From an uncultured delta proteobacterium (GTDB lineage Bacteria; Myxococcota; Kuafuiibacteriia; Kuafuiibacteriales; Kuafuiibacteriaceae), in NCBI GenBank assembly GCA_963803435.1, contig CAWDML010000001.1:992001-1056000 (forward strand): 64,000 bases of DNA, in the 5' to 3' direction. Shown in pieces: positions 39,108 through 48,725 of this stretch. The position numbers and the translations under genes are program-made. The notes under the pieces were generated by a model. That model searched no databases. It saw only the letters and a program-made list of their open reading frames with translations, and was not told where the DNA came from. How positions within the stretch are numbered: position 1 is the first letter of the stretch; the number at the start of each line of letters is the position of its first letter.

Positions 39108-39491
39108 ATGATGGCTCGCTGGCTGTCGGTCATCGGGGCGCTCGTTGTCTGTGCAGGGGCGACCGGGTGTGACACCTCGGATGTGGGCACTTGCTGCAAC
39201 GTGTTGTCGGGGCGAAATCCCGAGCTGATCCCCCAACCCATGCAGACCACCGGCGGAGAATGGATCGACGACATCAGCCTCGATCCCGCCTTCGACTGCG
39301 ACAACCTGACCTGCGTGTCCTACCAGGGCTCCATGGCCTACTGCACCGAGCGGTGTCAGACCGACGCGAGCTGCCGGAAGGGCTACAGCTGCGTCCCGGT
39401 GATCCAGTCCGATCCGGGCCCCAACTCCAACATCGGCCCCAACGACCGGTTCTGCGTAAAGATGGAAACGCAGTTCCAGTGCGAGAAGTGA
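39108..39491 (+). CDS. cglC: Cys-rich lipoprotein CglC/GltK-like
   Basis: ATGC lipobox; DVGTCC...DCDNLTCV...YCTERC...C...C; next to gltA. Confidence 0.65.
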   Translation: MMARWLSVIGALVVCAGATGCDTSDVGTCCNVLSGRNPELIPQPMQTTGGEWIDDISLDPAFDCDNLTCVSYQGSMAYCTERCQTDASCRKGYSCVPVIQSDPGPNSNIGPNDRFCVKMETQFQCEK

Positions 39492-39649
39492 CTACCTCGC
39501 GGGAACCGGCGCCTCTCCGAAGTTGACGGAATACCCAGACGACCCGCCAGGTTGCCACGGACAGGCGATCCGTACCGAGCGTCCCATCCTGTATATTGGA
39601 TGGAACGTCGCCTAGATCGTTTCGTTGACCGGCCCGTTTGGAGAACACG

Positions 39650-41068
39650 ATGCGTAAGACCCTCGCCCTCTTCGTCCTCGCTCTCAGCCTTCTGGTGACG
39701 GCGCTGATCATCGGGATCCAGCGCCCGAGCTCGACGCCCACGCCACCCGATCCGATCCCGACACCGCCGCAGAAGATCGTGGACACGTCCGGCCAGTCGA
39801 CCGTGACGATCGGCGACGTCGTGGTCCTCGACGCCGCGCTCTCCAACTCGTTCGTGGTCGCCAATCGGGAAGGCGCGCTCTCGCTGCTCGTCGATCTCAA
39901 GGCCAACGAGTCGGGCAAGGCCGAGCGTCCCACGATGGCGATCGCGGTGGTGGTCGATCGCTCGGGATCGATGGCCGGCGACAAGATCCGCCAGGCCCGC
40001 CGCGCCGCGAAGTCGCTGGTGGCGCGCCTCCAGGATGACGACATGATCTCCATCGTCACCTACTCGAGCGACTACTCGCTCGACCTCCCGCTCACGCAGA
40101 TCAAGGGCCAGCGTGCGCGCATCAACCGCATCATCGACGAGATCCTCGACGGCGGCGGCACCAACCTCGCCGGCGGCATGCAGGCGGGCCTGGAGTCGCT
40201 CAGAACCGTCGATTCCAAGACGATCGCCCGCCGGCTGATCCTGCTCTCGGACGGCAACGCCAACCAGGGCATCACGGACCCGAGCGCCATCTCCAACATC
40301 GCGCGCGACGCCCGCCAGAACGGCATCACGATCTCGACGCTCGGTGTCGGCGTCGACTTCAACGAGGATCTCATGACGCTGGTCGCGCAGAGCGCCGGCG
40401 GCGGCTACTACTACGCCCGCGACGCCAGCGCGATCGCCGACTCGTTCGACGCCGAGCTCAACGGCCTGGTGAAGCTGGCCGCGCGCAACGTCGAGGTCGG
40501 CCTCGAGCTGCACCCGGGCGTCGCGATCAGCGAGGTCTTCGGCTACCGCACCGAGATGCGCCGCGGTCGGATCGTGATCCCGGTCGGCGACATGGCGGGC
40601 GGAGAGCACCGTCGCATCATGATCAAGCTCGCCACCGAGAGCGCGCCCACCGGCAAGATCGATCTCGCGAGCGTCGTGCTCTCGTACACCGGCGCGACCA
40701 GCGATCAGGAGCGCGAGCATCGCGGGACCCTCTCGGTCGCCGCCACCGACGACGAGTCCAAGGTCACGACCGCCGAGCGCGCCCAGGTGATCGAGGCCTT
40801 CGCCTCCGCCGCCGCCGCCCAGGCCCGCGAAGAAGCTGCGTTCAGCTTCCAGTCGGGGGACAAGGCCAAGGCGATCGACGGCCTCAGGAAGCACCTCGAC
40901 CGCGTCCGCGTCGAGAACAAGAAGCTCCAGAGCCCCACCCTGGCGAAGCAGGCCAAGGAGATCGAGACCGTCCTCGACAACCTGAGCTCCGTCTCGGCCG
41001 CCTCGGACGAAGGCAAGGATCTGGTGAAGTCCGAGAAGCTCCGCGCCCGCCAGGTCTTCGCGTACTAG
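39650..41068 (+). CDS. Membrane-anchored vWA domain protein
   Basis: VVDRSGSM (MIDAS), GGTNL, LLSDGNAN and LGVGVDFNE motifs. Confidence 0.9.
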   Translation: MRKTLALFVLALSLLVTALIIGIQRPSSTPTPPDPIPTPPQKIVDTSGQSTVTIGDVVVLDAALSNSFVVANREGALSLLVDLKANESGKAERPTMAIAVVVDRSGSMAGDKIRQARRAAKSLVARLQDDDMISIVTYSSDYSLDLPLTQIKGQRARINRIIDEILDGGGTNLAGGMQAGLESLRTVDSKTIARRLILLSDGNANQGITDPSAISNIARDARQNGITISTLGVGVDFNEDLMTLVAQSAGGGYYYARDASAIADSFDAELNGLVKLAARNVEVGLELHPGVAISEVFGYRTEMRRGRIVIPVGDMAGGEHRRIMIKLATESAPTGKIDLASVVLSYTGATSDQEREHRGTLSVAATDDESKVTTAERAQVIEAFASAAAAQAREEAAFSFQSGDKAKAIDGLRKHLDRVRVENKKLQSPTLAKQAKEIETVLDNLSSVSAASDEGKDLVKSEKLRARQVFAY

Positions 41069-41077
41069 AGCCTGACC

Positions 41078-42313
41078 TTGTCCTCCCTCGTCAAAAAGTC
41101 CTCCGGCCCGCTGGCGAAGCGGGATGCGCTCGAGTTCTCCGATCACGGCTCGTTCCACGGGACCGTGCTGCGAGCGATGGCCGGCGGCGCCGGGGGCGTG
41201 TTCATCGCGTATCTGTTCGACTGGCTCCTCCACTTCGGTCTGGTGGACTCTTGGGTCTTTCCGGTGGTCGTCGCCGCCGGAGCCCTGGCAGCGATCGGGG
41301 CCCGCGGCAAGAACGTGTTGAAGGCGCTGCTCGGCGGCGCGTTCGGCGCGCTCGGCGGCGGGCTGTTCGCGCTCACCGCTGGGCAGTGGGCGCCGTTCGG
41401 CGCGGCGCTGCTCGGTGCGTCGGCGGCCCCGGTGCTGGGAGAGGGTGACTCGGCGAAGCGCAAGGCCGTGACGGCGCTGCTCACCAGCGTGCTCGGCTTC
41501 GGCGGGCTGTACGTGGGAAAGGTGCTGCTCGCGCTCCCGATCCTCAGCACCCTGGTGCCGGAGCCGCTGGCGGCCGCGATCGCGGGCGCGGCGGCGGGCC
41601 TGTTCTTCGGGCTGGGCGCGGCGCCCAAGCACCTGGCGCGACCGATGGATCCGGTCGAGCAGAAGTACCTCGAGGCGCTCACAGTGAAGGACGGCGAGCT
41701 CCACGAGATCCTGCACCGCGCGCTGGCGATCCGGCGGGCGGTCGAGCAGGACCTCGAGGCGCGCACCGACGACGAGACCGTCAAGCGTCTCGGCGATCGC
41801 GTCTCCGAGCTGATGCTGCGCATCCTCACCATCGCGGAGCAGTGCCGCACCATCGAGGACGATCTCTCGGCGGCGCCGGCGTACGAGCTGGAGGAGCGGA
41901 TCGGATCGCTGGAGAAGAAGGCGGAGTCGGCGACCGACTCGGCGGCGCGGCGAACGTACGAGGGGGCGATCGCGAGCCTCGACGAGCAGCGCCGGGCCCT
42001 GCAGGCCATCGGCCGGGGACGCGAGCGCGTGATCGCCAAGCTCCACGCGAACGTGGCCCTGCTGGAGAAGGTGCGGTTCTCGCTCCTCCACCTGCGGAGC
42101 GCGGTGGCCGAGCGGGTGGGCGGCGAGAGCTCTCCCGTGGCGGATGCGCTCGAGGAGCTCGGTCGCGAGATCGACGCCACCTCGACCGCCGTCAGCGAAG
42201 TCTGGGGGCAGACTGGTGATTTGCTCCCGGCGCCGAAGGCGGCGGCCCTGCCGGCCGAGGACAACGTGGTCGCCCTCCCCGAGAAGACCAAGGTCGAGAG
42301 CGACGTCGGGTAG
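41078..42313 (+). CDS. Membrane protein with C-terminal coiled coil
   Basis: About six Gly-rich TM segments followed by a helical charged domain. Confidence 0.75.
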   Translation: MSSLVKKSSGPLAKRDALEFSDHGSFHGTVLRAMAGGAGGVFIAYLFDWLLHFGLVDSWVFPVVVAAGALAAIGARGKNVLKALLGGAFGALGGGLFALTAGQWAPFGAALLGASAAPVLGEGDSAKRKAVTALLTSVLGFGGLYVGKVLLALPILSTLVPEPLAAAIAGAAAGLFFGLGAAPKHLARPMDPVEQKYLEALTVKDGELHEILHRALAIRRAVEQDLEARTDDETVKRLGDRVSELMLRILTIAEQCRTIEDDLSAAPAYELEERIGSLEKKAESATDSAARRTYEGAIASLDEQRRALQAIGRGRERVIAKLHANVALLEKVRFSLLHLRSAVAERVGGESSPVADALEELGREIDATSTAVSEVWGQTGDLLPAPKAAALPAEDNVVALPEKTKVESDVG

Positions 42314-42354
42314 CCGTTTTCACGCCCGGCGCGGTTTGCTAGCGTCCGGCCACC

Positions 42355-42837
42355 ATGCGTCGCTTGCTCCTCCTCTCCACCCTCCTGTTCGGCCTCGGCC
42401 TGACCGCCGCGGCCCGCGCGAACGAAGACGTCCGCGTCCTCCGCCAGACGCCGATCTCCGAGAACATCACCGTGCCGGCGAAGGTGAAACAGGAGTGCTC
42501 GAACATCGGTCTAGATCTGCCGTCCGAGCTCGCGCAGGTCCACAAGGCCGTCAAGCTGGTGAAGGACGCGAAGGCGCTCAAGGGCAAAGGCAGGTACCTG
42601 GAGATGGAGATCATCGACGTCCAGGCCCGGTCGGGCAGCGTGTTTTCAGGCCCGAAGAAGATGACGGTCCGCGGAACGCTATACGAGAACGGCAAGCAGG
42701 TCGGCGACTTCGAGGGACAGCGCAGCTCTGCCGTCGGGTCGTTCTCCACGTGCGAGATGCTGACGAAGATCGAAAAGACGCTCGCCCAGGACATCGGCAA
42801 GTGGCTCCACAACCCGAAGCCGGGATCCCGCCTGTAG
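42355..42837 (+). CDS. Secreted hypothetical protein
   Basis: Sec signal ending ARA; two Cys. Confidence 0.75.
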   Translation: MRRLLLLSTLLFGLGLTAAARANEDVRVLRQTPISENITVPAKVKQECSNIGLDLPSELAQVHKAVKLVKDAKALKGKGRYLEMEIIDVQARSGSVFSGPKKMTVRGTLYENGKQVGDFEGQRSSAVGSFSTCEMLTKIEKTLAQDIGKWLHNPKPGSRL

Positions 42838-42870
42838 CCCGACGCACATCTGGACTGTTACGGTAGGGCC

Positions 42871-44451
42871 GTGAGGGCACCGCTCCTGGTCGCCTTGTTC
42901 GTCGGCGGATGTACAGTCGAGCGGGCCGTACCGCTGGACCGCTTCGCCTGCTCGAGCGGCGGCCCGTGCGACGGATCGATCGCCCCGATCGAGGACGGGC
43001 ACCAGAAGGACGCCGACCCGGAGGATGCCACCACGCTGGACGGCTCGGATCCGGACCTCGACGCGCTCCCGGAGGACGTCTCCGACGCCGGCGAGCCGAT
43101 GGACGCGGGGCCGCCGCTGGCCGCCTGTCCCAAGATCGTTCCGCTTCCCCGGAACGGCCTGACCACCGGGGACAACACCGGAGAGCTCAACAGCTACGAG
43201 CCGACCTGCTCGCAGCTGGGTGGACCGGACGTGGTGTTCGGGTTCGACATCCCGGGTCGCCTGGTCGAGCTCCGGATCTCGACGAACGGCTCGACCTACG
43301 ACACCGTGCTCCACTTCTACCGAGACGACTGCACGGCGGCGAACGCGATCACCTGCTCGGACGACTATCAGTACGACGCGTTCGGGCTCACCTCGTTCAT
43401 TCGCCTGGAAAGCGTGGAGCCCGGCCGCTACGCGGTCATCGTCGACGCGAACGGCCCCGACAGCACCGGCTCGTACATCCTCAAGGTCGAGGGCAAGATC
43501 GCGCCCGGCGAGACCTGCGATCCGACGCAGACCTTCCTCGCCTGCGAGATCGGGACGTGCGCCACCGACGGTCAGGGCGGCTTCCGTTGCCCCGAGGTGA
43601 AGGACTGCCCGGACGGCATCGACGCCGACGATGACGGGATCGTCGACGAGGACAGCTGTACCGACCCACCGCTGGTCTCGTGCAGCCCGGCCAGCAATCC
43701 GTACGTCAACTACTCGGTCGATCTGGTGGCGACGGTCTCGGACCAGGGCGGGATCAGCTACCGGCAGTGGAAGGTGACGGAGCGTCCGGTGGGAGCGGTC
43801 TCCGACCCGTTCGAGCCGAACCGCGAGGCGACCTACATCTTCAACGACATCCAGGGGCGATACCGCGTCCGCTACCGCGCCGCGGACGACCTCCTCCAGA
43901 TCTCGGCGTGCGAGGTCACGTACACGACGATCGTCGACGACTATCTCCGCGTGGAGCTGATCTGGAACACGGACCGGCGCCTCCACGAACGATACTCGTA
44001 TCTGGACCTGCACCTGCTCCACCCGAACGCGCAGCGCTGGTTCGATCCCGCGCTGGATTGCGTCGGTGGCACCTGCAGCGCCCCGCCGCTCGATTGGGGG
44101 CAGCAAGGCAACGACATCGACGATCCGTTCCTGTTCGGCTTCGGCACCGGGCCCCAGTGGGTCACCGTCTACGAGCCGCAGCTCAACGGGACGTACGGTG
44201 TCGGGGTTGCCTATGACTGGTCCGCGTACGAGACCTCGGCCGAGGTGGTGGTCAACATTTTCTGTTACGGCGACCTCGTTCGCTCGCTCGGCCCGGTCAC
44301 GCTGACCCACGGTGATCTCCTCCTGGAGGACAACGACTTCTGGAAGGTGGCGGAGGTCGACATGAACTCCGGCGGCTGCCAGGTCACGCCGTATCAGAGC
44401 GGCGGCAACCCGCTCATCGTCACCGGCCGCGAGGCCGAGACCGCCCGCTGA
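42871..44451 (+). CDS. Cys-rich lipoprotein with PPC-like and PKD-like domains
   Basis: VGGC lipobox; GPDVVF...YDTVLH...PGRYAVIVD; LRVELIWN...DLHLLHP. Confidence 0.75.
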   Translation: MRAPLLVALFVGGCTVERAVPLDRFACSSGGPCDGSIAPIEDGHQKDADPEDATTLDGSDPDLDALPEDVSDAGEPMDAGPPLAACPKIVPLPRNGLTTGDNTGELNSYEPTCSQLGGPDVVFGFDIPGRLVELRISTNGSTYDTVLHFYRDDCTAANAITCSDDYQYDAFGLTSFIRLESVEPGRYAVIVDANGPDSTGSYILKVEGKIAPGETCDPTQTFLACEIGTCATDGQGGFRCPEVKDCPDGIDADDDGIVDEDSCTDPPLVSCSPASNPYVNYSVDLVATVSDQGGISYRQWKVTERPVGAVSDPFEPNREATYIFNDIQGRYRVRYRAADDLLQISACEVTYTTIVDDYLRVELIWNTDRRLHERYSYLDLHLLHPNAQRWFDPALDCVGGTCSAPPLDWGQQGNDIDDPFLFGFGTGPQWVTVYEPQLNGTYGVGVAYDWSAYETSAEVVVNIFCYGDLVRSLGPVTLTHGDLLLEDNDFWKVAEVDMNSGGCQVTPYQSGGNPLIVTGREAETAR

Positions 44452-44546
44452 AACCTACGTCAGCACACGAGGTAGGGAGTGTGGCTCCACGCGCTCACCG
44501 CCGTCTAGGAGAGGAGCGTACGCCTCGTTACACTCGGCATGGACCG

Positions 44547-45998
44547 GTGGAAGGTCGGAGACGATGCCCCATCTGTGATCGGATCATGGACGACAAGCTC
44601 TGTCCCCATGATCAGGTCGCGACGTTGCTGCTCGACGCGCCCGGCGTCGACGTGGCCTCCGTCTACGTCGGTCAGGTCATCGCCGACCGCTACGTGATCG
44701 ATCGGAAGATCGGTAAGGGCGGCTTTGGCGCGGTCTTCGCGGCCCGTCAGACCGGTACCGGGCAAGAGGTCGCGATCAAGTGTCTCAACACTGCGGGCGG
44801 GATCGAGGATGTGACGCTCCGCAGGTTCTTCCAGGAGGCCCGTGTCACCTCCGCGCTCCGCCATCCCAACACGATCCACGTCTTCGACTTCGGTCAGGAC
44901 GATACCGGGCTGCTCTACCTCGCCATGGAGCTGCTCTCGGGAAGGACGCTGAAGGAGGAGCTGGCGCAGCGCAGGAAAGACAAGCGTGTCTTCAGCGAGG
45001 AGGAGGCCATCCACATCGGCGTGGGGATCCTTCGCAGCCTCGCCGAGGCCCACGGCGCCGGGCTGGTCCATCGTGATCTGAAGCCGGACAACGTCTTCCT
45101 GCACGAGGTCCCTGGTGAGGAGCCGATCATCAAGGTCCTCGACTTCGGGATCGTGAAGCTCGGAGACAGCACGCTCACGATGGGCAGCGACTCGGGCGTT
45201 CCAGGGACGCCGGCGTTCATGAGCCCTGAGCAGGTCACGCGCCAGCACGTCGACGGCCGGAGCGATCTCTACAGCCTGGGCTGCCTGCTCTATCAGCTGG
45301 TGTCGGGCAAGGCTCCGCTCCGCGGTCAGACGGCGATACAGACGCTGTACATGCACGTCCACGAGCAGGCCGGCGACCTGCGCCGTCGCACCAAGACGCC
45401 GCTGACCGAGCGCTTCGTCTCCGTCGTCCATCGCGCCCTCGAGAAGGATCCGAGCGACCGGTTCCCCGACGCCAAGGCGATGCGCACCGCCCTCGAGCGC
45501 TGCCTCAAGAGCGCCGCACCGGCGCCGCCCGAGCGCGACCCCACGCGGCTGGCGCGCCAACCCTCTCTCTTCACCGGTCTGGCGCCGGGATACGACGAGT
45601 CCGACGCGTCGATGCCGGACATCTCGAAGCAGTATCTGCCCCGGCCGCCGGCCCGATCGAACCGGCTAGTCTGGATGCTGGCGGCCACGATCGCGGCGAC
45701 GCTGGGGCTTCTGGCGGCGCTCCTGTTCCAGGTGGCGGAGGCGACCCCGCCGGCACCGGCGCCGGTCCGGATCGCTCCGAAGCCGCCGGTGGAGGTGGCG
45801 CCGGCGCCCACCGTGGTCGCGCCCGTCGAACCGCCGCCCGCCGTGGTGGAGCCGGTGGTCGCACCGCCGGAGCCGGTCGATCCGCCGGTCGCCCCACCGC
45901 CCCCGAAGCGGAGGACGAAGCCGAGGACGATCAGGCGCGTGCGAAAGGAGAGGCCGGTCGCGCCGCCGAAGGATGAGATCCTCGACGAGAAGATCTGA
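44547..45998 (+). CDS. Hanks-type Ser/Thr protein kinase with TM and Pro-rich tail
   Basis: GKGGFGAV, VAIK, HRDLKPDN, DFG and GTPAFMSPEQ motifs. Confidence 0.93.
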   Translation: MEGRRRCPICDRIMDDKLCPHDQVATLLLDAPGVDVASVYVGQVIADRYVIDRKIGKGGFGAVFAARQTGTGQEVAIKCLNTAGGIEDVTLRRFFQEARVTSALRHPNTIHVFDFGQDDTGLLYLAMELLSGRTLKEELAQRRKDKRVFSEEEAIHIGVGILRSLAEAHGAGLVHRDLKPDNVFLHEVPGEEPIIKVLDFGIVKLGDSTLTMGSDSGVPGTPAFMSPEQVTRQHVDGRSDLYSLGCLLYQLVSGKAPLRGQTAIQTLYMHVHEQAGDLRRRTKTPLTERFVSVVHRALEKDPSDRFPDAKAMRTALERCLKSAAPAPPERDPTRLARQPSLFTGLAPGYDESDASMPDISKQYLPRPPARSNRLVWMLAATIAATLGLLAALLFQVAEATPPAPAPVRIAPKPPVEVAPAPTVVAPVEPPPAVVEPVVAPPEPVDPPVAPPPPKRRTKPRTIRRVRKERPVAPPKDEILDEKI

Positions 45999-46758
45999 GC
46001 GCGCGATCGCGCTGCTCTGTGCGCTCCTCTTCGCGGCCCCGGTGCACGCCGCGCCGAAGACCGACACCAAGGAGGCGGTCGAGCTCTCCCGGCGCGCCAT
46101 CGCGAAGTATCGCGCCAAGCGCTACGAGGAGGCCGGCGAGCTCTTCCTTCGCTCGTATCAGCTGTCGTCCCGGCCGGCGCAGCTCCGGAACGCCGCCAAG
46201 GCCTACGAGGAGGGGGACGTCCTCGATCGCGCGCTCTCACTCTGGGAGACCTACCGCGCCCTCGGCGAGATCAGCCGCGACGAGAAGTCGGAGGCCGAGG
46301 CGCACGTGGCGTTGATCCGCGAGCGCAAGCGCAGCGAGGAGATGGCCCGCACCGCGCGCCAGGCCGCCCGCTCCGCCGAGCTCGCGCGCCGCGACGCCGA
46401 TGCTGCCCGGCGCGCCGCGGAGGCGGCTCGCGCCCCCACGGTGATCGAGACGACCCCGCCGCCTTCGCCCGCGACGCCGCCGATCGGGGGCTGGGTGCTC
46501 GTCGGCGCCGGTGCGATCATGGTCGTCACCAGCGTCGCGCTCTGGTTCGTCGCGCAGGATCAGCTCTCCGCGGTCGACGATCGTCTTGCGATGACCGACG
46601 CCGAAAACCGCATCATCGGCACCACGCCCGCCGCGCTCGCCTCGGACCTCGATCGCATCAACGGCCAGCGGATCGCATCCGGCGTGCTGCTCCCCATCGG
46701 CCTCTCCGCAGCGCTCGGCGGCACGCTCTGGCTGATCTTCGGGAGCAACCGGTTCTGA
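45973..46758 (+). CDS. TPR-containing exported/membrane protein coupled to the kinase
   Basis: Signal peptide, TPR and two C-terminal hydrophobic segments. Confidence 0.75.
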   Translation: MRSSTRRSERAIALLCALLFAAPVHAAPKTDTKEAVELSRRAIAKYRAKRYEEAGELFLRSYQLSSRPAQLRNAAKAYEEGDVLDRALSLWETYRALGEISRDEKSEAEAHVALIRERKRSEEMARTARQAARSAELARRDADAARRAAEAARAPTVIETTPPPSPATPPIGGWVLVGAGAIMVVTSVALWFVAQDQLSAVDDRLAMTDAENRIIGTTPAALASDLDRINGQRIASGVLLPIGLSAALGGTLWLIFGSNRF

Positions 46759-46810
46759 CCGGAGAACGCTTGTAAAGTTCGGGTGCCGCTGGCACCGTGC
46801 GCCGCGCGAC

Positions 46811-47827
46811 ATGTACCGAGACCGAAGCATCGCGGTCGTCGTTCCCTGCCACAACGAAGAGCGACAGATCGGTCGAGTCCTGACGACCATGCCCTCGATC
46901 GTCGACCGCGTGTATGTGGTCGACGACGGGAGCACCGATCAGACCTCCGAGGTCGCCGCTGAGCATCGCATCGAGGGTCGATCGGTCGAGATCATCCGCC
47001 ACGAGGCGGCCCGCGGCGTGGGCGGCGCCATCGCCAGCGGCTACGCGCGCGCCCTCTCCGACGGCTTCGACGTCGCGGTCGTGATGGCGGGCGACGCACA
47101 GATGGATCCGCGGGACTTCGTTCACGTGATCTATCCGGTCGCAGCCGGTCTGGCGGACTACTGCAAGGGGAACCGGTTCCTCTACCAGGGCGGTCTGGCC
47201 AAGATCCCCTTCATCCGCAAGTTCGGAAACTTCGTCCTCTCGAGCACCACGAAGCTGGTCTCCGGATACTGGCACATCTCGGACAGCCAGTGCGGATACA
47301 CCGCGATCAACCGGGCCGCGCTCCGCCGGATCGACGTCGAGGGCATCTATCCCAGCTACGGCTGTCCCAACGACATCCTGGTCAAGCTCAACATCGCGCG
47401 CATGCGCGTCGCCGAGGTTCCGGTCAATCCCGTGTACGACGGCGGTGAAGTCTCGAAGATGCGGATACCCAGGATCGTGACTCCGATCCTGATGCTCCTG
47501 ACCCGGGCGTTCTTCCGGCGGGTCTTCGTCAGCTTCGTGATCGCCGGCGGCCACCCGCTGGTGTTCGCGTACCTCTTCGCCGCGTTCTTCCTGCTCTCGG
47601 CGGTCGGCCTGGGCACGTACATCGCCGTCCAGCTGGTGCTCACCGGGTTGATCATGAAGGCCGCGTTGATCGCCGGCGGCGCCGCGTTCATCGTGGGCGT
47701 GCAGCTCCTGTTGACGGCGCTGGGGATGGACCTGGAGGCGAACCGCCACCTCAACGTGCACCTCAACGCCGAGACGCTCGACGAGCTGGGAGCGATCGCC
47801 GGAGTCGAGCACGAAGCGCAGGAGTGA
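46811..47827 (+). CDS. Glycosyltransferase family 2 (polyprenol-phosphate glycosyltransferase-like)
   Basis: VVVPCHNEE, VDDGSTD, MAGDAQMDP, DSQCGY and two C-terminal TMs. Confidence 0.9.
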   Translation: MYRDRSIAVVVPCHNEERQIGRVLTTMPSIVDRVYVVDDGSTDQTSEVAAEHRIEGRSVEIIRHEAARGVGGAIASGYARALSDGFDVAVVMAGDAQMDPRDFVHVIYPVAAGLADYCKGNRFLYQGGLAKIPFIRKFGNFVLSSTTKLVSGYWHISDSQCGYTAINRAALRRIDVEGIYPSYGCPNDILVKLNIARMRVAEVPVNPVYDGGEVSKMRIPRIVTPILMLLTRAFFRRVFVSFVIAGGHPLVFAYLFAAFFLLSAVGLGTYIAVQLVLTGLIMKAALIAGGAAFIVGVQLLLTALGMDLEANRHLNVHLNAETLDELGAIAGVEHEAQE

Positions 47828-47834
47828 GCGCGCC

Positions 47835-48725
47835 TTGGACTCGTGCCTCGTCTGTGAGAGCCGCGCGCTCGAACGTCGCTTCGAGATTCGCGCGCGCTCG
47901 AGCCATCTGGGCGTCGCCCACGGGCCCTACACCCTGTATCGCTGCACGCGCTGCGGGTTCGAGCGGATCGCGCCGCTTCCGGACCCGGAGCTGCTCGGCC
48001 GGATCTACTCGAGCTCGTTCTTCGGGACCGCGCAGCAGCACGTCCCCATCGACGCGGGCGGGGATTTCGCGCCCGACGCGAAGCGGTGGCCGATCTACCG
48101 GAACGCCGAAGCTCGGGTGGAGGCGCTCTGCCGGCTCAAGCCCCGCGGGTCGCTCCTCGACATCGGCTGCGGCAAGGGTGTCTTCCTCAAGGTCGCCAGC
48201 CGACACTTTCGCGCGCTGGGCGTCGACCTCTCCGAGGAGGCGGCGGAGGCGGCGCGGGCGCTCGGGCTCGAGGTGCGGAGCGGAGACTTCGAGACGATGG
48301 ACCTCTTGCCGGAGCGCTTCGACGTGGTGACGCTCTGGGATGCGCTCGCGAGCATGCTCGACCCCGTCCGGGTGCTCGGCCGGGTCGAGCGCGTGCTGGC
48401 CCCTGGCGGCGTGGCGGTGCTGACGGTGCCCGACGCCGGCTCGCGGATGAGCCGGCTCCTCGGACCCCGGTGGCCGCTGATGATCCCACCGATCAACCTG
48501 AGCTTCTTCACCGAGGCCGCGTTCGCGCGTCTGGCCGCGCGGACCGGGCTCTTCCTGCGCGCCTATCGGCACGACCTCAAGTGGGTCGACGCCGGCTTCC
48601 TGGCCCTGAAGCTCGCCCGTACGCTCGGGCTGGGCACTCCCGGGGGCAGTGCTCGACGAACGATCAACATCCCCCTCAATCTCGGCGACATCGCCACGGT
48701 GATCCTTGAGAAACACGGCAGCTGA
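47835..48725 (+). CDS. Class I SAM methyltransferase with N-terminal Zn ribbon
   Basis: CLVC/CTRCG, LLDIGCGKG and FDVVTLWD motifs. Confidence 0.88.
   Translation: MDSCLVCESRALERRFEIRARSSHLGVAHGPYTLYRCTRCGFERIAPLPDPELLGRIYSSSFFGTAQQHVPIDAGGDFAPDAKRWPIYRNAEARVEALCRLKPRGSLLDIGCGKGVFLKVASRHFRALGVDLSEEAAEAARALGLEVRSGDFETMDLLPERFDVVTLWDALASMLDPVRVLGRVERVLAPGGVAVLTVPDAGSRMSRLLGPRWPLMIPPINLSFFTEAAFARLAARTGLFLRAYRHDLKWVDAGFLALKLARTLGLGTPGGSARRTINIPLNLGDIATVILEKHGS

Noticed and set aside
19829-42091. Very long antisense or alternative-frame ORFs (e.g. 19829..22990, 28656..31109, 33028..35238, 39383..42091)
   Set aside because: Shadow ORFs expected opposite GC3-rich genes; Arg/Gly/Pro-rich with no motifs
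44454-44476. CCTAC...GTAGG inverted pair resembling the array's hairpin ends
   Set aside because: Only a 5-bp stem and a 9-nt match, compatible with chance
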